A DNA stretch of 64,000 bases from an uncultured candidatus Porisulfidus sp. (GTDB taxonomy: Bacteria; Pseudomonadota; Gammaproteobacteria; Poriferisulfidales; Oxydemutatoraceae). Shown here piece by piece: positions 57,021 to 64,000 of the stretch. The DNA lies in assembly GCA_963693105.1 (NCBI GenBank), contig OY843752.1:23315-87314 (forward strand), given 5' to 3'. Position numbers and translations under genes: made by a program. A model generated the notes under the pieces. That model was not told the DNA's origin and made no database searches. It worked only from the letters and a program-made list of their open reading frames with translations. Numbering within the stretch: the first letter of the stretch is position 1; each line of letters starts with the position of its first letter.

Positions 57021-58049
57021 ATGAAATTTGTTGATGAGACTGAAATCACCATCATGGCCGGCGACGGCGGCAACGGTTGCGTCAGTTTCCACCGCGCACG
57101 CTGCCTGCCGTCCGGCGGGCCCGATGGCGGCGACGGCGGCGACGGCGGTTGCGCCTATCTAATCGGAGACGACAACCTCAACACCCTGGTGGACTTCCGC
57201 AATCGCCGCCTGTTCCGCGCCGGCAACGGCTGCCCGGGACGCGGCGCCAACTGCACCGGCGCCGGCGGCAGTGATTTGCTGTTGCGCGTTCCGGTCGGCA
57301 CCATGGTCTATAACGGCGAAACCGCCGAGTTAATCGGCGACATCACGCAATCCGGCCAGCGGCTGCTGGTCGCAAAAGGCGGCGGCCACGGCCTCGGCAA
57401 CACCCGTTTCAAGTCCTCCACCAACCAGTCGCCGCGCCGTTCGACGCCGGGCGGCAAAGGCGAATGTCGCGCACTGACGCTGGAATTGAAACTGCTTGCC
57501 GATGTCGGCCTGGTCGGACCGCCCAACGTCGGCAAGTCCACGCTGGTGTCGGCGGTCAGCGCGGCGCATCCAAAAATCGCCGACTACCCCTTCACGACGC
57601 TTTACCCGGTGCTCGGCGTCGTCAAAACCGGTGGATACGGGAGTTTTGTCATCGCCGACATTCCCGGATTGATTGAGGGCGCCGCCGACGGCGTCGGCCT
57701 CGGCACGCAGTTTCTGAAGCACCTGCAAAGAACGCGCCTGCTGCTGCATCTGGTGGACATCGGCGCCGATGCGCCGGCAACCGGCAACCGGCGGCTGGTG
57801 TCCACACTGGAAAAAGAGATGGAGCAATTCGACACCGCTTTGACCGGCAAGGAGCGCTGGCTGGTCTGCACCAAAGCCGACACAGCAACGGCGCGCGAAA
57901 CCGACGACCGTTGCCGGCGGCTGGTCAGCGAACTGCAATGGCAACGTCCGTGGTTCAAGATATCGGCGGTTTCAGGCGAGGGGCTGGGCGATCTCACGCG
58001 CGCCGTCACGCAGTACCTGCAAAGTGAAACCGCGGCGGCCACGGCCTGA
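57021..58049 (+). CDS. obgE: GTPase Obg/CgtA
   Basis: Obg fold 'GGPDGGDGGDGG'. G1 'GPPNVGKST', G3 'DIPGLIEGA'. Confidence 0.9.
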   Translation: MKFVDETEITIMAGDGGNGCVSFHRARCLPSGGPDGGDGGDGGCAYLIGDDNLNTLVDFRNRRLFRAGNGCPGRGANCTGAGGSDLLLRVPVGTMVYNGETAELIGDITQSGQRLLVAKGGGHGLGNTRFKSSTNQSPRRSTPGGKGECRALTLELKLLADVGLVGPPNVGKSTLVSAVSAAHPKIADYPFTTLYPVLGVVKTGGYGSFVIADIPGLIEGAADGVGLGTQFLKHLQRTRLLLHLVDIGADAPATGNRRLVSTLEKEMEQFDTALTGKERWLVCTKADTATARETDDRCRRLVSELQWQRPWFKISAVSGEGLGDLTRAVTQYLQSETAAATA

Positions 58050-58054
58050 AGACC

Positions 58055-58408
58055 ATGGACACCATTCTTTTGAGAGGCCTCGAAGTCCGCGCCACAGTCG
58101 GGGTTTTCGAGTGGGAGAAGCAAATCGAGCAGACGCTGCGCATCGACCTTGAGATGGCCACCGACGCCGCCAACGCCGCCGCTTCCGACCGCCTCGAGGA
58201 CACGCTCGATTACAAGGCGGTGGCGAAGTACGTGCAGGACTTCATCGCCGGCAGCCGTTGCGCGCTGGTTGAAACGCTGGCGCATCGGCTCGCCGGGGAA
58301 TTGATGCGCGAATTCGGCATACGCTGGTTGCGGCTGAGCCTGCGCAAACCGGGCGCGGTGCGCGGTTCGAGAAGCGTCGGCGTCGTCATCGAGCGCGGAG
58401 AACGTTGA
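58055..58408 (+). CDS. folB: Dihydroneopterin aldolase
   Basis: 117 aa. 'ILLRGLEVRATVGVFEWEK' FolB signature. Confidence 0.8.
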   Translation: MDTILLRGLEVRATVGVFEWEKQIEQTLRIDLEMATDAANAAASDRLEDTLDYKAVAKYVQDFIAGSRCALVETLAHRLAGELMREFGIRWLRLSLRKPGAVRGSRSVGVVIERGER

Positions 58409-58929
58409 TGAACCGCGTGTTTGTCAGTATCGGCAGCAACATCGACAAGGAAAAAAACATCCCCTCGTGCGTCACCGCGCTGAGGAAAATATTCAGTCCG
58501 CTGACGCTGTCGTCGGTTTACCGGTCCAGGGCGTTCGGTTTCGACGGCGACGACTTCTACAACATGGCGGCTTCATTCGAAACCGCGATGCCGCCGCTGG
58601 CGGTGGATGAAATCCTGCGGCAAATCGAGAAAGACCACGGCAGGGTGCGCGGCGCCGAACGTTTCGAGTCGCGGCAACTCGACCTCGACCAGATTCTGCA
58701 CGGCGACCTGGTCGTCAGCCGCGGCGACCTGCAGCTGCCGCGCGCCGAGATTGCCGAGTACGCCTTTGTGCTGGGGCCGCTCGCCGAAATCGGCGGCAGC
58801 GTGGTGCATCCGGTGCTGAAGAAGACCTGCGCCGAATTGTGGGAGCGCTTCGACAAGACGCGGCACGAATTAACGCGCGTGCCGGTGCAATTGCCGGCAA
58901 AAGAACAGGAATTTCAACCGGTTCAATAA
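58405..58929 (+). CDS. folK: 2-amino-4-hydroxy-6-hydroxymethyldihydropteridine pyrophosphokinase
   Basis: 'VFVSIGSNI' N-terminus and 'RQLDLD' loop. folB-folK adjacency. Confidence 0.8.
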   Translation: MMNRVFVSIGSNIDKEKNIPSCVTALRKIFSPLTLSSVYRSRAFGFDGDDFYNMAASFETAMPPLAVDEILRQIEKDHGRVRGAERFESRQLDLDQILHGDLVVSRGDLQLPRAEIAEYAFVLGPLAEIGGSVVHPVLKKTCAELWERFDKTRHELTRVPVQLPAKEQEFQPVQ

Positions 58930-59001
58930 CCTTTGTCAGTGGTCTCCCGCTGCGGCGAAGTTGTTATAATCGCCGCATCCACATTGAGCAGGAGAAACTG
59001 G

Positions 59002-59385
59002 ATGAAAATACAAGCAACAACCGAATTACCGGCCACCAACGAGATTGTCTCGGCCCTGTTGGCGGGAAAATACGCCGGCGACAAAAGCCTGCTGAAAACC
59101 GTAAAGGCGAATCCGCAGAAAGCGCTGAACGGCCACGGCATGCCGATAACAGTGCGCGCCGTGCAAAACACCGAAGACACGCTCCATATCTGTGTTCCGG
59201 CTTACCATGCTCTGGACGACATGAAGATCGATGACGAGCAACTGGCGCAGGTGGCGGGTGGCGAGATTATTCTCGCCGTCATCATCGGCGCCGTCGCCTT
59301 TACGGGAATCACCTGCGCCGCCGTCGGCTTGGGCGTCACGCTGAGTGACCGCGACAAGAGAGCGCAGGAAGCCGCGGCGTCGTAA
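59002..59385 (+). CDS. NHLP (nitrile-hydratase-leader-peptide) family RiPP/bacteriocin precursor with a double-glycine leader and a hydrophobic Gly-rich core
   Basis: Leader 'NPQKALNGHGMPITVRAVQNTEDTLHICVPAYHAL..DDEQLAQVAGG' fits the NHLP pattern (...DP.A...G..LPEG.E..VVE.T..T.YLVLP....LSDEELE.VAGG). Core 'EIILAVIIGAVAFTGITCAAVGLGVTLSDRDKRAQEAAAS'. GGAGA RBS 7 nt upstream. The listed ORF starts 23 codons earlier inside folK. Confidence 0.55.
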   Translation: MKIQATTELPATNEIVSALLAGKYAGDKSLLKTVKANPQKALNGHGMPITVRAVQNTEDTLHICVPAYHALDDMKIDDEQLAQVAGGEIILAVIIGAVAFTGITCAAVGLGVTLSDRDKRAQEAAAS

Positions 59386-59406
59386 TCATGCACCGGCGCC
59401 GCAGTG

Positions 59407-60156
59407 TCAATCGCCCGGAGTCCGCCCGCCGTCCACGGCAATGGTCTGACCGGTGATATAACCGGCGGCCGTCACCAGAAACAGCACCGTCCGCGCCACG
59501 TCCGCGGGTTCGCCCGCGCGCCCAAGCGCGGTGCGCCGCATGATCTCGCGGCGGCGCGGTTCGTCGTCCCCTTCCGGCCACAGTATCGCGCCGGGAGCAA
59601 CCGCGTTGCAGCGCACTTCCGGCGCCAGTTCACGCGCAAGCGAGCGCGTCAGCATCGCCAGCCCGGCTTTCGTCGCGCAATAGGCTGCGTGGTTTTTCAA
59701 CGGATGCGCGGCGTAGAAGTCGGTCAGGTTGACGATGCAGCCTTTGCGGCGCCTTAATTCCGCCGCCAATTGGCCCGCCAGAAAAAAAGGCGCTTTCAGA
59801 TGAACGCCGATGAGTTCATCCAGCTGCGCTTCGTCCGGGTCGCCTAGCGCGGTTTCGCGGAACACCGAGGCGTTGTTGATGAGCGCGTCGAGACGCCGCC
59901 AGCGCGCCAGCGCCGCGCGCGCCAGTTCGCGCACCTCCTCCGGACGGCACAGGTCGGCGGACAACACGCAGGCCGAATCGCGCCGCGCGCCGTTCAGATC
60001 CTCCGCCAACACACGCGCCTCGGACTGCGACCGGCGGCAGTGCAACACCACGTTGATGCCGGCCTCGTGCAGCGTCTTTGCGATGCACGCACCGATGCGC
60101 CGCCCGGCGCCGGTAACCAGCGCCACTTTGTGGTCGTCCCTTGTCAAACTGTTCAC
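59407..60156 (-). CDS. SDR-family oxidoreductase, probable pteridine/dihydromonapterin reductase (FolM-like)
   Basis: 'VALVTGAGRRIG' Rossmann motif. 'YCATKAG' YxxxK. Adjacent to folBK. Confidence 0.65.
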   Translation of the reverse strand: MNSLTRDDHKVALVTGAGRRIGACIAKTLHEAGINVVLHCRRSQSEARVLAEDLNGARRDSACVLSADLCRPEEVRELARAALARWRRLDALINNASVFRETALGDPDEAQLDELIGVHLKAPFFLAGQLAAELRRRKGCIVNLTDFYAAHPLKNHAAYCATKAGLAMLTRSLARELAPEVRCNAVAPGAILWPEGDDEPRRREIMRRTALGRAGEPADVARTVLFLVTAAGYITGQTIAVDGGRTPGD

Positions 60157-60219
60157 CGCAAACGAATTCAGGCCGGGCTGTTATACTCGGCGCCCAATAC
60201 TACCCTGTATTGCCCCCCG

Positions 60220-61014
60220 ATGGAGACTTTTCAAAGCGTTGTTCTGGCCCTGCTGCAGGGCGTCACCGAGTTTCTGCCGGTGTCGAGTTCGGCGCATCTG
60301 GTGCTGGCGCGCGACTGGCTGGGCTGGGAGGGGGAACGGCTCGTCTTTGACGTCACGGTTCACGCCGGCACGTTGTGCGCGGTGATTTTCCATTATCGGA
60401 AGCAACTGGCGGCCCTGTTGCGCGCCTGCCTGCCGCACACGCCGCACGACGACGAAAATTTCCGGCTGCTCACCGCCATCGCCGTCGCCTCGCTGCCGGT
60501 GCTGGTCGCGGGCTTCTGGTTCGAGCCGTTGATCAAGGCGCATTTGCGCACGGTGCCGGTCATCGCCGCGGCCACCATCGTCTTCGCGCTGGCACTGTGG
60601 CTGGCCGATGTGCGGCGCGCGGGCGATGCAAACGCGGTGACGCTGCGCGGCGCGGTGTGGATCGGGCTGGCGCAGATGCTGGCGCTGGTTCCGGGCACTT
60701 CGCGCGCCGGCGTCGTCATCACCGCCGGCCTGCTGCTCGGGTTGTCGCGCCGGCAATCCGCGCATTTTTCGTTTCTGCTGGCGATTCCGGTCATTCTCGC
60801 CGCCACCGCGCTGGAGGCGGTTCAACTGGCGCGCGGGATGAGCGTCGAGGCGGCGGCGCTGCCGTCGCTGGTCATCGGCTTTGCCGTGTCCGCGGTGTTC
60901 GCGCTGGCGACCATCCGGCTGTTCATCCGTTTTGTCGAAAAAATCGGCCTGCTGCCTTTCGTTCTCTACCGCCTGTTGCTCGGCGCGGTTCTGCTCGGCC
61001 TCATATCTCTCTGA
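60220..61014 (+). CDS. uppP: Undecaprenyl-diphosphatase (BacA/UppP)
   Basis: 'GVTEFLPVSSSAHL' and 'PGTSRAG' conserved BacA motifs. Listed ORF trimmed to the ATG. Confidence 0.85.
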   Translation: METFQSVVLALLQGVTEFLPVSSSAHLVLARDWLGWEGERLVFDVTVHAGTLCAVIFHYRKQLAALLRACLPHTPHDDENFRLLTAIAVASLPVLVAGFWFEPLIKAHLRTVPVIAAATIVFALALWLADVRRAGDANAVTLRGAVWIGLAQMLALVPGTSRAGVVITAGLLLGLSRRQSAHFSFLLAIPVILAATALEAVQLARGMSVEAAALPSLVIGFAVSAVFALATIRLFIRFVEKIGLLPFVLYRLLLGAVLLGLISL

Positions 61015-62107
61015 GCGCGTCGAGTTTCAATTCGCGCACGCGCCGCTTGATGTCGCCCGCGCGCCCATCGCAAGCCGCGAGCGCCGTCTCGAAATCAATG
61101 CCGCCGAGCGCACGCAACGCCTGGCGTATGCGCGCCGCACCGCGCGGCGGCGGCGCGGCGCGGCAAAGCGAGCAAACCGTCAGCAGCGATTCAAAGCGCT
61201 TGCCCTTGCGAAGGGCGTCGGCGCCTTCCAGCAGGTCGAGCAGTTCCTCGCGCGACAACACGTCCGCCCGGCAAAGCGGTTCAAGAAAACGTCCGGTGGC
61301 CGACACCAGCCAGCGGCAGCGGTTCGGAAGTTTCAGCCGCTCGCACAGCGATGTCAGCAATGGCGCGGAGCCGGCAAAACAGGCCAGCAGCGCCAGCAGA
61401 ATCTCCGGCGGCTGGCGCGCCGCGGCGGCTTCGTCCAGCACGCGCATCGCGCGCGCGCCGCCGCCGGGCAGCGCATGGATTTCCGGCAACACGCGCGCCA
61501 GCGCACCGGCCTGATTCAGCACGTCGAAAAAGACCGACGGGTGCGTGGTCGCAAACGCTTTTTCCATCTCCTGCCAGACGCGCTCGGCGACGAGACAATC
61601 GGCCTCGCCCGATTCCACCATGGCGCGCATCAGCGTCATGGTGCCGGCGGCGATTGTAAAACCGGCGCCGCGCAGTTTCGCGGCAAAACGCGCGGCGCGC
61701 AATATTCGCACCGGATCCTCGGCAAAGGCCGGCGAAATATGCCGCAACGTGCGCGACTCGACATCCGCGCGTCCGCCGCAGGGATCCACCAGCCGTTCGT
61801 CGGCGGTGCGCGCCATGGCGTTGACGGTCAGATCGCGGCGCGCCAGATCCTGTTCCAACGTCACACCCGGCTCGGCGTAAAACGAAAAACCGTGATAACC
61901 GGGCGCGGTCTTGCGCTCGGTACGCGCGAGCGCATATTCCTCGCCGCTTTCGGGATGAATGAACACCGGAAAATGCCTGCCGACCGGCTTGAACCCCCGC
62001 GCCAGCATGTCCTCGCGCGTGGCGCCGACGACCACCCAGTCCTTTTCAGTGACGGGCAGGCCGAGCAATTCGTCGCGGACGCTGCCGCCAACCCGGTAAA
62101 TCTCCAT
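61001..62107 (-). CDS. cca: CCA-adding tRNA nucleotidyltransferase (class II head domain; no obvious HD domain)
   Basis: 'MEIYRVGGSVRDELLG...DLTVNA' polymerase-beta-like nucleotidyltransferase head. Confidence 0.8.
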   Translation of the reverse strand: MEIYRVGGSVRDELLGLPVTEKDWVVVGATREDMLARGFKPVGRHFPVFIHPESGEEYALARTERKTAPGYHGFSFYAEPGVTLEQDLARRDLTVNAMARTADERLVDPCGGRADVESRTLRHISPAFAEDPVRILRAARFAAKLRGAGFTIAAGTMTLMRAMVESGEADCLVAERVWQEMEKAFATTHPSVFFDVLNQAGALARVLPEIHALPGGGARAMRVLDEAAAARQPPEILLALLACFAGSAPLLTSLCERLKLPNRCRWLVSATGRFLEPLCRADVLSREELLDLLEGADALRKGKRFESLLTVCSLCRAAPPPRGAARIRQALRALGGIDFETALAACDGRAGDIKRRVRELKLDALREI

Positions 62108-62247
62108 GTCAGCGCGCTACGCGCATCTCCGTGAACCGTTGCAAGGTGGATACATCGGCGAATCTCCTCAAGCCAGAGCCGAACATTAGCACAGTTGCGC
62201 CAGTGTATGGTATGGTAGGCGACTGCAAAAGACTGGATAAGCCCGGT

Positions 62248-63141
62248 ATGTTTCGCTTGATTAAAAATCGTCGGTGGCTGCCGGCACTGGCCTGCTGGCT
62301 GGCGCTGACCGCGGCCGCCGCCAATGTAACCGAGAACCCGCTTTACCGGCAGGCGCTGGAACAATTCGATGCCGGCGACCTCGAAGGCTCCCACCGCCTG
62401 TTCAAACAACTCGAAGAAGACCACCCGGACAACCCCGGCATCCTGAACAATCTCGGAATCATCGCCGCCCGTCTCGGCCAGTTTGATCTGGCGTCGCGCC
62501 TGCTGGAAAAAGCCATCGCCACCAACCCGGCCATCGCCACCAGCCACAGAAACCTGCGCGCGCTCTACGCGCATCAGGCGTCGCAGGCGTACAAACGCGC
62601 GCTGGCGCTCGACTCGGTGGAAGTCGCCGCGCCGCAATACGAGGCAGTCGGCATCGTGGCGGGCGCGCCGCCGGCGCAACATTCAACCCCGTCCGATGTC
62701 CTGTCCGATGTCGTATTGTCCGCCAGGGAAATCGAAAAGCCGCTGATTGAGGAGCCGGAAGAACCGCCGCCGCCGGAAACCGCCGACGCCGACGACGACG
62801 CGCTCATCACCGCAAGCATCGAGCGCTGGGCGCAAGCCTGGGCCGGCAGGGATCTCGACGGTTACTTCGCCAGTTACGCACAGGACTACCGGCCACGTTC
62901 CGGCGCCGACCACGAGGGCTGGAGACAACAGCGCCGCGAACGCATCCTCGGGCCGCGCCGCATCAGCGTAAAAATCTCCAATCTTTCGGTCCAGAGCAAT
63001 GACGGCCGTTCGGCCAGCGTTGTCTTCGACCAGGCCTACCGCTCCAACCTGCTCGACAGCACCGTGGTCAAGCGGATGTCGCTGCAAAACACCGGTGACG
63101 GCTGGAAAATCACGCGCGAGCGGATTCTCCGGCGGCTATGA
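62248..63141 (+). CDS. Secreted TPR-repeat protein with a C-terminal SnoaL/NTF2-like domain
   Basis: Signal-like 'MFRLIKNRRWLPALACWLALTAAAA'. TPR helices. C-terminal 'IERWAQAWAGRDLDGYFASYAQDY' NTF2-like. The listed ORF begins 39 codons earlier. Confidence 0.5.
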   Translation: MFRLIKNRRWLPALACWLALTAAAANVTENPLYRQALEQFDAGDLEGSHRLFKQLEEDHPDNPGILNNLGIIAARLGQFDLASRLLEKAIATNPAIATSHRNLRALYAHQASQAYKRALALDSVEVAAPQYEAVGIVAGAPPAQHSTPSDVLSDVVLSAREIEKPLIEEPEEPPPPETADADDDALITASIERWAQAWAGRDLDGYFASYAQDYRPRSGADHEGWRQQRRERILGPRRISVKISNLSVQSNDGRSASVVFDQAYRSNLLDSTVVKRMSLQNTGDGWKITRERILRRL

Positions 63142-64000
63142 AGATGAACGGGAAAGCGGCGGCGTTCATCGCCGGCGCCTTGCTGGCGACGGCTGGCGCG
63201 GCGCCGGCAGTGGAAAGGGAGCAGGCCGAGACCGAGCTGAACCGGGCGCTTGAAGCCCTCGTCTCAGGGCGGCAGCAGGACGCGCTGACGACCCTGTCCG
63301 AATTGCTGCAACGTTATCCGAACTTCCAGATCGCAGCCATGGCCTACGCCGACCTGCTGGCGGCGCAGGCCCAGCAACCGGCGTTGCTGCCGCTGGCCGA
63401 CGCCGACGCCAAACGCCGCCTCTCCGACCTGCTTGAAGAGACGAAGGCGCGAGTGCGCCACCGCCCCGCCGATGCCGGTCAATTGCCCGCCAACATCGTC
63501 CGGCTGTCGGGCCGTCACCGTCACGCGCTGGTCTTCGACGCCGCGCGGTCGCGGCTTTATCTGTTTGAGAACCATCGCAACACGCCGCTGCTGGTCGCCG
63601 ATTACTACGCCTCCTACGGCAAGGGCGGCATGGACAAACACAGCGAAGGCGACAACCGGACGCCCACCGGCGTTTACCGGATTACCCACAGCCTTGCCGA
63701 CGACAATCTGGCGGAACTCTACGGCGTCGGCGCCTACCCGCTCGACTACCCCAACGCATGGGACCGCGCCCGCCGCCGCAGCGGCCACGGCATCTGGCTG
63801 CACGGCGTGCCGCGCATCACCTACAGCCGCCCGCCGAAGGCGAGCCGCGGCTGCATCGTCACCAGCAACGAAGTGATACACCAACTCAGGCGGCGCATGA
63901 AACCCGAGTCCGTGCCGGTGATTCTGGCGGGCGACGTCGCCTGGCTGGACCACGAACAGTGGCAAGACAGGCGCGAAGCCCTGCTGGAGGTCATCGGACA
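63138..64000 (+). CDS. L,D-transpeptidase (YkuD domain), 3'-truncated by the window end
   Basis: Signal peptide. 'HGIWLHG...SRGCIV' catalytic His/Cys. ATGA overlap with the upstream gene. Absent from the ORF track because no stop lies within the window. Confidence 0.7.
   Translation, partial: MKMNGKAAAFIAGALLATAGAAPAVEREQAETELNRALEALVSGRQQDALTTLSELLQRYPNFQIAAMAYADLLAAQAQQPALLPLADADAKRRLSDLLEETKARVRHRPADAGQLPANIVRLSGRHRHALVFDAARSRLYLFENHRNTPLLVADYYASYGKGGMDKHSEGDNRTPTGVYRITHSLADDNLAELYGVGAYPLDYPNAWDRARRRSGHGIWLHGVPRITYSRPPKASRGCIVTSNEVIHQLRRRMKPESVPVILAGDVAWLDHEQWQDRREALLEVIG

Overview
High-GC chromosomal segment (about 65% GC by eye) that looks like a gammaproteobacterial sulfur oxidiser. 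Organism assignment is inference from gene content and synteny only. Homology calls rest on motifs I recognise by eye (e.g. HxD/TauD, CxxCH hemes, GSSIMPQKKNPD, GG-leader); no searches were run. Named alignment partners (E. coli RpoZ/IspB/tRNA-Val, Pseudomonas Cas6f/Csy4, A. vinosum Dsr, the TIGR03793 NHLP consensus) are sequences recalled from memory, not retrieved.

Main content:
- A complete reverse-type dissimilatory sulfite reductase operon, dsrABEFHCMKLJOPN (6.9-19.0 kb), with a near-consensus sigma70 promoter upstream. An orphan soxYZ pair sits at 45.4-46.2 kb.
- Conserved housekeeping blocks: dapF-DUF484(yigA)-xerC; rpoZ-spoT-ridA-recG; hemCDXY with an algZ/algR-like two-component system and divergent argH (Pseudomonas-like synteny); lptM-lysA; ispB divergent from rplU-rpmA-obgE; folB-folK; uppP; cca; an L,D-transpeptidase at the right edge; tRNA-Val(CAC).

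Accessory or unusual content:
1. An AT-rich island at 1-2460, abutting xerC, carrying the C-terminal part of an SF2 helicase fused to a PD-(D/E)xK-like nuclease, plus a 301-aa unknown protein. This is a candidate defence locus.
2. A second AT-rich island at 28.3-30.3 kb encoding a Type II restriction-modification pair (beta-class SPPY methyltransferase and a PD-ExK endonuclease).
3. A nine-gene Mrp/Mbh-ordered membrane module (E-F-G-B'-B-C-D-D-D) translationally fused to hemY. It contains a 47-bp tandem repeat (2.3 copies) that frame-shifts a small membrane-protein gene.
4. An orphan nitrile-hydratase-leader (NHLP)-type RiPP precursor with a double-glycine cleavage motif and a hydrophobic Gly-rich core (59.0-59.4 kb).
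5. An operon of a GtrB/ArnC-like GT2, a GT-C-like membrane protein and a further membrane protein, downstream of dsrN.
6. A three-gene set upstream of dapF: a TauD-family dioxygenase, a 65-aa protein and a 226-aa protein with a Cas6-like glycine-rich C-terminus.

Many long Arg/Ala-rich ORFs in the six-frame track are antisense artefacts of the high GC content and are rejected.
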